DNA from: Sedimentisphaerales bacterium
GTDB taxonomy: Bacteria > Planctomycetota > Phycisphaerae > Sedimentisphaerales > SM23-30
Reading direction: 5' to 3'
DNA: 64,000 nt
NCBI GenBank assembly: GCA_963663805.2
Contig: CAXXMR010000025.1
Span: 18,947-82,946, forward strand
Shown: piece after piece, positions 21,723-33,170 of the stretch
Layout: the number at the start of each line of letters is the position of its first letter
How positions within the stretch are numbered: position 1 is the stretch's first letter
Translations under genes and position numbers: made by a program
Notes under the pieces: model-generated
Databases searched by the model: none
Told to the model about the DNA's origin: nothing
What the model saw: only the letters and a program-made list of their open reading frames with translations

Positions 21723-23062
21723 TTATCCTTCGAGCGTGCGTTTTTTTCGCAGGATGTGGTGATAGTGCTGGGCGAATCGGTGGGATTCGTCGCGTAGATA
21801 TTGCAAAAGTCGCAGGGCCGGGTCATTTCTTTCCAGCCGAACCGGTTCGCTGCGGGCCTGGGTATAGATGAGTTCTTCTTTCTTGGCCAGTGATACCACC
21901 ATGGGCGGCTGAACCGACATTTGCTGGAATGTTTCCAGAGCGGAATGAAGCTGTCCCAGGCCGCCGTCGATGAGAATCACATCGGGGTAAAGCTCTCCAT
22001 GTTCCCCAGCCTTACGATAGCGGCGGCGGAGCACTTCTTTAATCATGGCATAATCGTCGATGCCCTGCACCTGTTTGATGCGGAAGCGTCGATAGCCAGG
22101 CTTGAACGGCCTGCCGTCAATGAAACAGACCAACGAGCCGACGGCTTCCTGGGCCCATAATGTGGGCGATGTCAACCGCTTCGAGAACGCGGACGGGTGT
22201 GGGTGTTTCGAGAATCTGGGCCAGTCGGTCCAGCCCCCTCGGCGGGGTCTACGGCGAACAGTTCGGGCTGAACGTGTTCATCGACATCACCGCGGTCGGC
22301 CAGTGAGTGCAGGGCCTTGATTTCGTCGCGGATGTGTGCTGCCTGTTCGTATTTTTTGTCGGCGGCCAACTGCTGCATTTCCTCAGTAAGCTGTTTGAGT
22401 ACAACTGAACGTTTGGATTCCAAAAAGCGGCGGAAGCGTTTAAGGTCATCGCGGTATTCCTGACGGCTGATCTTGTCGCCACAGGGGCCGGTGCATTGCT
22501 GGATATTGTAGAGGATGCAGGGGCGGAAAAAGCGGCGGTTCTGGTTGTGCTGGTCAATTTCGAGGGTGCAGGTACGGAATTTGAATACCCGCTGGAGAAC
22601 CTGGAGTACCCGGCGGAGTTCGGCAACGCTGGTGAACGGTCCGTAAAGTTTGCTGCCCTGCAAGCTGGGCTGACGGGTGATATAGACGCCGGGAAAATCC
22701 TCGCCGGTAGTGATTTCGAGGTAGGGGAAGGTCTTGTCGTCAGTTAGACGGGTGTTGTAAGGCGGCTGGATGTCCTTGATGAGTCGGGCTTCGTTGAGGA
22801 TGGCATCTACTTCGGTGTCACATTCGAGGGAGGTGATATCCGACACTTTTGTCACTAATTCGGCGATTCGGGGTCCGCGTGACTGCATCAGGTCCGCCGA
22901 GGGCTGAAAATAGCTCCCGGCCCGGCCGCGGAGGTTTTTGGCCTTACCAATGTAAAGCACCCGCCCGTCAGCGTCTTTCATAAGGTAAACGCCGGGCGTA
23001 GTGGGGAATTCTTTAATAAGCTCCCTTAGGCGGGCAAAGTTGGGTTTGTCATTGTCAGTCAT
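21723..23062 (-). CDS. uvrC: Excinuclease ABC subunit C, frameshifted near 22175-22250; no C-terminal HhH
   Basis: GIY-YIG motifs PGVYLM..YIGKAKNLR, a UVR domain, and RNaseH-like YRRFRIK, DDYAM, LIDGG.GQ and RDESHRFA. Confidence 0.92.
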
Positions 23063-23158
23063 CTGCGGTATTATAGTTGCGATAGGCCGAATGGTCAATT
23101 TGACAGGTGGCTGGGCGTTTTACCGGCCCGACGAGCAAAAACGCGATAGGAGAGTTTT

Positions 23159-23662
23159 ATGGCGACAGCGATTAAGGTGGCGATTGTAATGGGCAGCGAC
23201 AGCGACTGGCCGGTAATGAAGGTTTGCGGCGAGACCCTGCGTGAGTTTGGCATAGATTATTATGCCACGATTTCCAGTGCCCACCGCAACCCGGATAATA
23301 CCGTCGAAATCGCCCGCAGTGCGGTGGACAACTGTTTGCAGGTTATCATCGCGGCTGCGGGTATGGCAGCTCATCTGGCGGGCGTGCTGGCGGCTCATAC
23401 CACTGTCCCGGTAATCGGTGTGCCGATGGCTTCGGGCAGTTTGCAGGGTATTGACGCTTTGCTTTCGACGGTACAGATGCCTCCGGGAGTGCCGGTAGCG
23501 ACCGTGGGTATTGGTGCGGCAGGTGCCAAAAACGCGGCTATTCTGGCTTTGCAGATTTTGGCCCTTTCTGACCACAAATTGGCGAGCAAGCTCGTTAAGT
23601 ACAAAAAGCAGCTGGCCGACGGCGTAGCTGAAAAGGACCGCAAACTCCAACAGGAAATTTAA
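23159..23662 (+). CDS. purE: N5-carboxyaminoimidazole ribonucleotide mutase
   Basis: MGSDSD, SAHR, AGMAAHLAG and QMPPGVPVATV motifs. Confidence 0.97.
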   Translation: MATAIKVAIVMGSDSDWPVMKVCGETLREFGIDYYATISSAHRNPDNTVEIARSAVDNCLQVIIAAAGMAAHLAGVLAAHTTVPVIGVPMASGSLQGIDALLSTVQMPPGVPVATVGIGAAGAKNAAILALQILALSDHKLASKLVKYKKQLADGVAEKDRKLQQEI

Positions 23663-23664
23663 TC

Positions 23665-24716
<1,052 letters not shown>

Positions 24717-24781
24717 TAAGTAATAGGATAAACCGCAAAAAAGCCTTGCAAAAGCTGGAGTTAGCGATAATATATCGCCAT

Positions 24782-24856
24782 GCGCCCGTAGCTCAGCCCG
24801 GATAGAGCAACTGATTTCTAATCAGTAGGTCACAGGTCCAAATCCTGTCGGGCGTA
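24782..24856 (+). tRNA. tRNA-Arg(TCT)
   Basis: GCGCCCG acceptor stem, anticodon arm ACTGA-TTTCTAA-TCAGT, T arm ACAGG-TCCAAAT-CCTGT. Confidence 0.93.
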
Positions 24857-25047
24857 TTTTTTGATTTGGCCTTAGAATGCATTATATTGCACTCTAGGGC
24901 CTTTTTCGTGATATGCTGGTATCGATTATCGTCCCCAGTTAATTCTCCGCTGAGTTCCGCTGAATTACATTGTTTTGCGTCCAATTTGGCAGAAATTTGG
25001 CACGCGGCTTTCCCGTCAAAATCAGTGTCATCGGTCCCGGTCCGCTT

Positions 25048-25470
25048 TTAGGATTCCTGGGCGGGGTCGTGGAAGTCGGGCAAAGTATCAATAGCACTTT
25101 GCCTTTGCCTCAGCAAAGTATGGGTATATCGTGTTATTGTCAGGTTAATATCAGAATGTGTCTCATTAAATCCTGGGCTGCCTTGGGGTGAACACCCGCC
25201 GCCGCCAGCAAGGTTCCGAAGCTGTGTCGCAGAGCGTGGAAGTCGAGCTTGCCGCTGCCGTGGTCGGCGGGGGCAATATCCGCTTCGAGAAGGTCTTTTT
25301 TGAGCATCCGGGCCATGTTGTATTTACTGGGCAGGTCAAAGGCTGGGGCTTTGGGGAAGTTTGCTTTTGAGATAGTCCTGGATAAGCTCGGCGGTTTCCG
25401 CCTGTAGCCAGACCAAGGCGACGAATTGTCGTGGGGGTGGCAGTTATACACCTGCCGCCCCAGGTATGAG
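25048..25470 (-). pseudogene. Tyrosine recombinase/integrase C-terminal remnant
   Basis: LDFHALRHSFGTLLAAAGVHPKAAQDLMRH, then after a frameshift SDINLTITRYTH with the catalytic Tyr. No N-terminal half; lies next to the tRNA 3' end. Confidence 0.85.
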
Positions 25471-25643
25471 GCGTTCCGCAGACAATTCAGAGCCTTCTTA
25501 TGCCTTTAAAAACCTCTTGCCGAAGGCAAGTTTAAGAGTTAATCGTGAAAGGATTTGTCCATTTCCAACTGAGGCAATACAGAAGTTCAATAAATTATCG
25601 CCGGGAGGCGCCTGTTAATTTTACCAAAAGTCAAACCCTTTAA

Positions 25644-28286
25644 TCACGGCCAGACGACTTCTGTGAGCCATACAGCAAGTACTTCCTGTAAGTCGTCCAA
25701 GTCAACAACGCCATCTTCGTCAACATCAGCAGATGAATTAAGCGGAACAGTAATAGTTCCACTCACGCCGGCAAGATCCATAATTTCGGCATGCGAAAGG
25801 GCCACATCAAAAATCTTGAACTCATCAAGCCTGCCAATATGATAATCTGCCGTACCGAGGAAGTTGGAACCAAGATGAAAATCTGTCGTGCTACTGCTCA
25901 TTAACACAGTAGCATTTTCGATTGACTGAACCAATTCGCCATTGCGGTAAATGCCCATAAAACCAGTATTGGCATCCTTAACAAAAGCATAATGCGTCCA
26001 GACGCCCTTGATATCGTCAGCATGTTCAGCCGTCCACCGAGTCCAATTACTGCCTTCACTGGTGGTGCCCCAGATAATATCACCATCACTCCAAGGCTGC
26101 GAAACCATAATCACCTGATCAGCACTTCCACTATTCATGTCAGCGGCATGGAGCAAACGACATGCGGCAGGCTGCGAGGCATCACCATTGGACCAGAAAG
26201 AAATCGTCACCTGGTCACTGATGGTATGCAAAGAATCCGGCGGAACGTCAAGTGCGACAAAACCATTAAAGTAAAAACAGCCATTAATATAACCAGAAGC
26301 ATTCCAGTGAGTCGATTGACCATCACTGACAGTGCCATCATAATTGTTGCCAGAAGAGTCAGCAGCATTAGTCCCTGTAGTCTCATCAAAGGTATAATAC
26401 AAAACCGGGACCGCAGAAGTTGGCGTAGAAGTTACCTGATAGCCCGTCTCCATCCAGTCGGCGGCCAAAACCGCAAAGTCATACATATCGCTAAAACAAT
26501 CACCCAGAGCAATATCGCCGGGGAGCTTTGACGACAAACAACGTGGAACATACAGACGAATGTCATCGAAATAGACCTTGCCCGAACCACCAGCACCGGC
26601 ACCATCGCCAAAACCAATGGTCATTTGCATAATATTGGCGGGATTAACATTCGCGAAATCGTCCAGGTCAATATCCCAGTTGGTCCATCCGCTTTGCCAG
26701 GCAAATTGCAGCAAATCAGACATCTCGCCATCATAATTCACCGAAGCACTATTAGTACCATCGGAAAGAGTAACATACATAGAAACTGGCTCGGTGTTCT
26801 GGTCACCTCTAAAGTTCAGCCTCAAGGCCTGAACCCCTTTAGCGGTCCAGTTCGAATCAGAGCCCGAAAAACTGCGGGAGGTTTCGGTCTTAAACGGGCT
26901 TGCAGAGGTATTATAACGTACTTCCATGACCTTATCGTCATCAATAGCGGTGTTCAGGTAAATTACCGAACTGCTCCATATGCCCCGTAAGGCTGAAGAA
27001 CTGCCGTAGTCTTCAAAGTCTTCAATACCAAAGAAACTCTCAATAGACACACTCCAGACCGAACCAGTAGTAATACTGCTGTCACCATTAACTTCATCAA
27101 TACGCCAGTAGTAAGTCTCACCTAGCTGGAGCGTATCAGGAACAACATACCGATTATTAGGATCTTCAAGCTGATTGCCGCGATAGATACCACTTAAATC
27201 AGTATTGTCCGCAGCAGCAACAGCATCAAAATCGTCACCAAAATACACGTCGTGCGAAACAGCATTGTCGCCCTTTTTCCAAAACAGCACCGGCGTTTCG
27301 GCTTCTAATACGGAAAACAAAGCCTTATTACCGGGCGTTGGCGACCAGGCCTTGGCCAAATCTAAAGGCTGAGTGTAAATGTGAGTCTCGGCGCCAACGT
27401 CTTCGACAATAATCTCACCTCGACCGCCATAAGCTGTAAAACGACCTTCACCAATTAAAGTCTCAAGAGAAGGCACCAATGACATACCGTTACGGAAAAT
27501 AATTATTCCATCATTGCGAATATCCAACGTGCCGATATCTCCCATATCCATCTGGTCAACATTGATAATACCGCCGTCAAGCTGAATATGACCAAATTGC
27601 GGGGTCGCCCAGGCAACCGCCACAATTAGCCTCTGACCATCAGCCACATATAACGTCCCGCCATTCATCTGCAAAGTGCCAGCACCATTGTGACCTATAG
27701 CAACCCAGTATCTACTGTTGACATAACCGTTGTCGCTTATGGTGAGAGTTCCAGTCGAACCTGTCAACTGCCCCACCTGTACCACATCACCTTCGATATA
27801 AGCATCGCCGCCAACTTCTAGAATCCCCGTCCCGTTCTGACCAACAACAATCTGGCCAGCACCAGTCGCGATTATTTGCCCACCTGTCATCACAACCTTA
27901 CCAGTTGCGGCGGCACCATTGGCGATAAAAACATGATTATTGTTAGTTCTTATATCTCCGCCGGAAACAACCTCCAGAGGATAGTCAGCGGAACCGGCAC
28001 CGCCGCCCACTACCAGGTAAGATATCGTAGCCGCCTGGCTGCAAACCGGGTTATTGGTAGTAACCGGATCCAAAGTCGTATCAATCCAGGCAGAATCTAC
28101 CCCGATCCCATTAGGATCATGAGGAACCTGATCTGTAACCCAGTTTTCCGGGGTATGCCAACTGTGGTCAACACCCAGGCCGTCCCAGGTTATGTCCGCC
28201 GCAAAAACTGACCCGGAAAAAGCAAGAACAAAACCCAACAAAAACGATAATGACAGTTTTTTTGTGTTCATAGTTCTTCTCCTCAA
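25644..28286 (-). CDS. Secreted multidomain protein: beta-helix repeats, Fn3-like, CBM-like, LamG domain, split dockerin-like repeats
   Basis: Signal peptide; YYWRIDEV; YFDDIRLY; YTFDE..G..A.DSSGN, WTHYAF and G.LDEFKIF (LamG); GDIALGDC..D..DFAVLAADW and ADVDEDGVVDLDDL..W. Confidence 0.85.
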   Translation of the reverse strand: MRRRTMNTKKLSLSFLLGFVLAFSGSVFAADITWDGLGVDHSWHTPENWVTDQVPHDPNGIGVDSAWIDTTLDPVTTNNPVCSQAATISYLVVGGGAGSADYPLEVVSGGDIRTNNNHVFIANGAAATGKVVMTGGQIIATGAGQIVVGQNGTGILEVGGDAYIEGDVVQVGQLTGSTGTLTISDNGYVNSRYWVAIGHNGAGTLQMNGGTLYVADGQRLIVAVAWATPQFGHIQLDGGIINVDQMDMGDIGTLDIRNDGIIIFRNGMSLVPSLETLIGEGRFTAYGGRGEIIVEDVGAETHIYTQPLDLAKAWSPTPGNKALFSVLEAETPVLFWKKGDNAVSHDVYFGDDFDAVAAADNTDLSGIYRGNQLEDPNNRYVVPDTLQLGETYYWRIDEVNGDSSITTGSVWSVSIESFFGIEDFEDYGSSSALRGIWSSSVIYLNTAIDDDKVMEVRYNTSASPFKTETSRSFSGSDSNWTAKGVQALRLNFRGDQNTEPVSMYVTLSDGTNSASVNYDGEMSDLLQFAWQSGWTNWDIDLDDFANVNPANIMQMTIGFGDGAGAGGSGKVYFDDIRLYVPRCLSSKLPGDIALGDCFSDMYDFAVLAADWMETGYQVTSTPTSAVPVLYYTFDETTGTNAADSSGNNYDGTVSDGQSTHWNASGYINGCFYFNGFVALDVPPDSLHTISDQVTISFWSNGDASQPAACRLLHAADMNSGSADQVIMVSQPWSDGDIIWGTTSEGSNWTRWTAEHADDIKGVWTHYAFVKDANTGFMGIYRNGELVQSIENATVLMSSSTTDFHLGSNFLGTADYHIGRLDEFKIFDVALSHAEIMDLAGVSGTITVPLNSSADVDEDGVVDLDDLQEVLAVWLTEVVWP

Positions 28287-28383
28287 AACAAATGAACAGA
28301 CATCATCAGACGACGCCCAACACCGGGAGCCAAATTATCACCAGAACAGATTCTATTAGAAAACCACTTACTACACAGCAAAA

Positions 28384-28419
28384 GTTATTGATGCCGGAGG
28401 CGACCCCAGCATCAATAAC
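28384..28419 (-). terminator. Stem-loop after the PEP-CTERM gene
   Basis: Perfect 11-bp inverted repeat GTTATTGATGC/GCATCAATAAC followed by TTTT on the minus strand. Confidence 0.7.
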
Positions 28420-28437
28420 ATCTATCACTAAAACCAA

Positions 28438-29499
28438 TTAAGCTTTCTTGCGACGAATCAGAAACCCGCCCAGAGACAGCAGCATAAGACTTGCTGGTTC
28501 AGGCACAGCCGTCAAGACAGTGTTGGCCCCGTCAAAGCGGACCGTAGCATCCAACTGACCACTAAACAAATAATCTTCCATTTCGATAGTCCAGTCCGCG
28601 CCCTCAAGAATCATCATTCCGTCGCCGGTAATCTGCATGGTACCAACCGTATTTAGTACAAGTTCCGCAGCAGTAATTGTTCCACCGTCCAACTGGACAT
28701 GACCAAAGTTGTCACCGCCAGCGACCGAAAATTCACCCGCCACATTAATCACACCGGCAGACATATTCAAAGTACCGCTGCCAAGACCGCCAACCAGAAA
28801 AGTGTCAGATGTAATAGTACCACCACTAATATTCGCAATACCGGTAGAGGCGGCAATATAATTACCGATATTGAGATTGCTGGCAACGTTCAAAACTGCA
28901 TTCTCGCTAACATCCAAAGTCGCGTAGCCTTGTTGCCCAACGATGACCGAGCCGGTGCTGGTTACCGAATTCCCAGACAAGTCAAGTACACCAATCGTAC
29001 CAACATTATTGCCAACAAAAAGACCTCCGGGAACATTAAGGCTACTGGAACCAGATGCGTAAACATTATTCTTGCAGTTAGGGAACTGTCCCATATCAAT
29101 AAAACCATTCACGGTCAAGCTGGCCGAATCCCTCAGACGAATCTCACCAACAGCATCAATATTGCTACCATTACCCATATAGATGGGACCGCCAGCAACA
29201 TTCAACGAAGATGTGTCGCGAATTTCCAGATCAGTCGTTCCGCTTTGACCTTGACCCACAACCATATAGGCAGCCACGGTTTCGGCTGAACCGCCACTAA
29301 TAACTGCTGTACCAACGGTCGGAGAGATCAACCAAGCATCGGTGGTAGCCGGAGTCACACCGTCGGTCCAGTTATTAACACCATCGGCCCAATTGCCATT
29401 AGCAGCATTATTAACCCAGATGTTCACTGCCAAGGCAGGGCCTGCTGCTCCGAACAGCACCATCAAAAGGCACACACTCGTTAAAATACTTCTCACCAT
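28438..29499 (-). CDS. PEP-CTERM surface protein with beta-helix-like repeats
   Basis: Signal peptide, (V/I)G..G.G.L repeats, VPEPAS + TM + RRKK. Confidence 0.92.
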   Translation of the reverse strand: MVRSILTSVCLLMVLFGAAGPALAVNIWVNNAANGNWADGVNNWTDGVTPATTDAWLISPTVGTAVISGGSAETVAAYMVVGQGQSGTTDLEIRDTSSLNVAGGPIYMGNGSNIDAVGEIRLRDSASLTVNGFIDMGQFPNCKNNVYASGSSSLNVPGGLFVGNNVGTIGVLDLSGNSVTSTGSVIVGQQGYATLDVSENAVLNVASNLNIGNYIAASTGIANISGGTITSDTFLVGGLGSGTLNMSAGVINVAGEFSVAGGDNFGHVQLDGGTITAAELVLNTVGTMQITGDGMMILEGADWTIEMEDYLFSGQLDATVRFDGANTVLTAVPEPASLMLLSLGGFLIRRKKA

Positions 29500-29674
29500 A
29501 ACATTTCCTCCTCAAATAGGATGACATAATAGTAGGTTGTGGCACATCAAACGGCTACATCACCGATTATTCACAACCCAGAAAATTACAAAACACTCCA
29601 TTAATATCTCGAAACTGACTTTGCGTTAGGCCGCCGAAAGACCCGTGGTCACCTTGCTGTATCTGACAAGTTAA

Positions 29675-29740
29675 ATATTAGCAGTTTCCTAATCTTTGTC
29701 AACTATTTTTATTGACAAACTTTGAAAATTATGAATAATT
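29675..29740. promoter_or_regulatory. Back-to-back divergent sigma70 promoters
   Basis: TGTCAA (29697-29702) and TTGACA (29712-29717) are 9 nt apart. The minus strand has TGnTAATAT at 16-nt spacing; the plus strand has AATAAT. Confidence 0.6.
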
Positions 29741-29829
29741 AGCCTTGCCAAGCAAATAAAAGCCTATACAATTTGCAGTAAGTTAGTCGTAACACATTAA
29801 ACCGCAAACTCTTAAGTAGAAAAAACCAA

Positions 29830-31002
29830 ATGGTTGCCGGAAGAGAAAAAAAAGTAAAGCACGAACAAATCTACGAAACTATCTTCAATCGAATACTCTC
29901 ACAGGAATATTCCCCCGGCGAAAAGATGCCGAATGAGCATCAATTAGCTGACAGTTTCAATGCTTCAAGACCCACCATCGGCAAAGCCCTTCAAAAACTA
30001 GAGAAAAATGGACTAATCCAGCGTAAGCCCGGCGCCGGCACCTTTGTTAAGCAAGCAGACCCCTCCCGCGGGCAAAAACTTGGGATTCTCGTACCAAGGC
30101 TTTCTGTCGAACCTGGTGATTTCCACCATTTCGTCAGCCTCTTTAGTGTAGTAGTATCCCAAATATCTCGAACAGCAAATCATTACGAACATATGTTACT
30201 AATGAACGATCTTCCCTCCGGAAACGACCAGGAAATTATTGACCACGCTTGGACTATTTGCCATCAGTTAATCGGTATTCAGGTCAAAGGCGTATTCTTC
30301 CTTCCCTTGGAACTGCCCCCAAAATACATGCATGTCAACGCCGAAATCGCGGAAACTCTGGATAATGCCGGAATTGCAGTTACTCTGCTTGACCGTGATA
30401 TTCACGAAGGACCACAACGCAGTAAATTTGATTTGGTCGGAATTAACAATGAGCGCAGCGCTGACATCCTGACTCAACATCTAATTGATTCAGGCTGTCA
30501 AAAAATAGACTTTGTTTCAAGTCCTGCCCATGCTTCAGCGATTAACGACCGAATTCGCGGTTACCAAAATGCCCTGATTAGAAATGGTATCCCGCCAGAA
30601 AAAGAACGCGTCCACCATTTCGCGGTCAAGCCTTTGGACAGTCGCGACGTCAGTATTGACAAGGAAGCAGCTCGAAAACTAATGTCAGAAACCGATACCG
30701 AAGCCTTGGTTTGCGTTAATGACCGTATAGCGGGCCTTATTATGCGACAGGTGCTCGATATGGGCCTGAAGATACCTGAAAATATTCGCATCGTCGGTTT
30801 TGACGATGAGCCGCTTTGTTCTTATCTGCCGGTATCGCTAACAACCATGCGCCAGCCAGCACAGGCAATCGGTGCCGAAGCAGTACGAACAATGGTCAGC
30901 AGGATCAAAGAACCTGATATGCCTCCACGCGATATTATGCTTGGAACCGAACTGGTGATACGCAATAGTTGCGGCAGTAATCATAGTGCCCTAAAAAAGT
31001 AA
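29830..31002 (+). CDS. GntR-HTH / LacI sugar-binding domain regulator (AraR-like architecture)
   Basis: PNEHQLA..SRPTI.KAL..G.GTFV N-terminus; IVGFDD, LTTMRQP and LVIRNS C-terminus. Confidence 0.92.
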   Translation: MVAGREKKVKHEQIYETIFNRILSQEYSPGEKMPNEHQLADSFNASRPTIGKALQKLEKNGLIQRKPGAGTFVKQADPSRGQKLGILVPRLSVEPGDFHHFVSLFSVVVSQISRTANHYEHMLLMNDLPSGNDQEIIDHAWTICHQLIGIQVKGVFFLPLELPPKYMHVNAEIAETLDNAGIAVTLLDRDIHEGPQRSKFDLVGINNERSADILTQHLIDSGCQKIDFVSSPAHASAINDRIRGYQNALIRNGIPPEKERVHHFAVKPLDSRDVSIDKEAARKLMSETDTEALVCVNDRIAGLIMRQVLDMGLKIPENIRIVGFDDEPLCSYLPVSLTTMRQPAQAIGAEAVRTMVSRIKEPDMPPRDIMLGTELVIRNSCGSNHSALKK

Positions 31003-31132
31003 AAAAGGGATTAAACTGGTAACACGGTCACCATTTCTTGATAGGCCGTTGGACCCGATGCCGCTACTTTTGTTTGTTTTACAAATGGAGATTCGTAATT
31101 TGTGGAGTAGTTTTTTGCATAGGAGCAACGTA

Positions 31133-32026
31133 ATGATAATTAAAAAAAAGGCATTCACTCTCGTAGAGCTTCTCGTAGTAGTGGCCATCATAGCCCTGCT
31201 GGTATCAATACTCTTACCGGCACTGGGCCAGGCCCGCGGACAAGCAAAAAAAGTAGTCTGCGCCACGCGTATGCGGCAAATCATCATGGGGGCATTAGTG
31301 TTTGCCAATGGTCAAAAAAACGGCAAACTGCCCCAGGGCGGCATCCACGGCAAATGGGGAGGAACGGACTTTGATTACGACGATGCAATTTCTATGGCAG
31401 TCGAAGATTATTTCAACATCGGTTCTGGCTTAACAGACATCAGTGGAAACTATTCCGGAGAAGAGCCGCTAGACACCGACAAAGTAGACAGTATAGCAAA
31501 AGATTTACATGACGGTGCCCTAAGGCAATTATTCATTTGCCCGGAATCCGAAAACAAAGAAGGGCCATATAACGGAATCCTTTTACCCAGCTCTTCCGGA
31601 TCAGAATACAAGCCATATATCCATGGCTGGAGCGTAACCCCGCAACGATGGACGGTGCGGTTGGGCTATGCCTACTGGGCTGGATTCGAAAACAAGCAAT
31701 GGGAGTGGAACAACGTCAACCCCATCGCGGTAAAATATCTATCCCCTGATAACGTTAGCGATAAAGGCTCCCTGGTGATGATGAGCGATGCTGCTCGTTG
31801 GATACTGGATACAGGACAATTCAGTATGATGCATACTTCGTTCGGTTATAAGGCCGGAACGGTTGCCCAAGGTGCTCCAGCCGATGAATACCCCAGTGCC
31901 GGCTCCAATGTCGGCCATCTCGACGGTTCAGTTGAATTCAAACGCTTCAGTGAAATGTTGCCGCGACAACAGATAAAATATGGCGGCGGACAAGGAACTT
32001 TCACCAACCATTTTCTGTATTTCTAA
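31133..32026 (+). CDS. Prepilin-type N-methylation / DUF1559-type pseudopilin
   Basis: KKKAFTLVELLVVVAIIALLVSILLPALGQAR..C, FICP and GSNVGHLDGSV; AGGAG RBS. Confidence 0.92.
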   Translation: MIIKKKAFTLVELLVVVAIIALLVSILLPALGQARGQAKKVVCATRMRQIIMGALVFANGQKNGKLPQGGIHGKWGGTDFDYDDAISMAVEDYFNIGSGLTDISGNYSGEEPLDTDKVDSIAKDLHDGALRQLFICPESENKEGPYNGILLPSSSGSEYKPYIHGWSVTPQRWTVRLGYAYWAGFENKQWEWNNVNPIAVKYLSPDNVSDKGSLVMMSDAARWILDTGQFSMMHTSFGYKAGTVAQGAPADEYPSAGSNVGHLDGSVEFKRFSEMLPRQQIKYGGGQGTFTNHFLYF

Positions 32027-32029
32027 AAA

Positions 32030-32312
32030 ACGAACCATAAAAAACGGTTTCCTCTATTATAAGGACATCACGCGAGGCTTTATCGGTTGGCGACATTTCT
32101 CCTGGCAACTCGACGGCCAAAACAACGGAACCCTCTTTTGGGGCAACGCAAGCCGACACGAAGCACTAAGTTCAATAAACATATTTCAGGTCAGCGGCCC
32201 CTGGAACCAGACCACGGCAACTTTCTACCTCGACAATGTTCGCCTCCTCGCCCAAAACCCCGCAGACCTCAACAGCGACGATCTAATCAACCAAAGCGAC
32301 CTCAAAATCTTC
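32030..32312 (+). pseudogene. Fragment of a CBM/dockerin-type secreted protein, missing its 5' part and cut by IS66
   Basis: ..TFYLDNVRLLAQNPADLNSDDLINQSDLKIF runs directly into the IS66 inverted repeat; no start codon or signal peptide. Confidence 0.65.
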
Positions 32313-33132
32313 GTAACACTTTAGCCAAGTGAAGCAGAGAACTCCGCGAGTTTTGGTAATTTGCCGGTTTTGATGTATGTTCGCAGGGCTTTTTTGATGG
32401 TAGCAACCGGGTTTAGGCCGCGTTGTTTCAGGGTAGAAAACACGCTCATCATGATGGCGTTTCAAACGCTTAATCAACCGCTGAGCTTCCTTGTTCGACC
32501 ACTCATCGGTTACGATCGGCTCAACCGCCTTGCGACAGTTCGGACACCAGTCGCGATGAATAACATGCTTTACCGTCTCAACGCGAACATCTTCCGGGAT
32601 GTCTTCGATGATTCGTTCACGTGTGCCGGAACATTTTTTCAGTTCGCCGCCGCAGTCCGGACAACATGAAGCGCGATGTTCTTCGGTGCGGTCTATTTGG
32701 GTCGGCAGATTGCGGCGAGTACCTTGATGCCCTTTTTTACGGCCAAACTTTTTGCCGCGTTTTTTATCTGTTTTGTTCGGCTTGACAAAAACCGGCTTCT
32801 GACCTGAGGGACACGAAGGATCAGCCGGACTGCCGGCAACTAACGTACCTTGTGTTTTTTCCGCTGCCAGTTTCGACAGTCTCAGCAAAACAAAAACCAC
32901 CGCCTCTTCACCCTGAGCAAAAATAGCTTTGGCCTGTTCCGCAGTCAATTCCTGCTCTAAGGCCAGGTCGGCGATAGTCTGTTCAGCATTCGGCTTCATC
33001 ATGCCGATACTATAAACCATTACACACAATAGCGCAAATCGCCTATCTTAATATTTTGAAGTTTTTTTGTCTTTTTTTTGCACAAGCCAACCCGAAAGCT
33101 ATAGAATTTGCTTCACTTGGCTAAAATGTTAC
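32313..33132 (-). mobile_element. Internally deleted IS66-family element (820 bp)
   Basis: 24-bp terminal inverted repeats GTAACA(C/T)TTTAGCCAAGTGAAGCA. The ORF has G.KKGH.G..R and the zinc ribbon CPDCG..CPNC but no DDE core. Confidence 0.88.
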
Positions 33133-33170
33133 GAAATGGTATTACGTTCGGTTGACAACTACATCGTTTC

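Noticed and set aside
24782..24856. Suppressor/pyrrolysine tRNA (CTA within the loop)
   Set aside because: The 7-nt loop TTTCTAA centres on TCT, so it is Arg.
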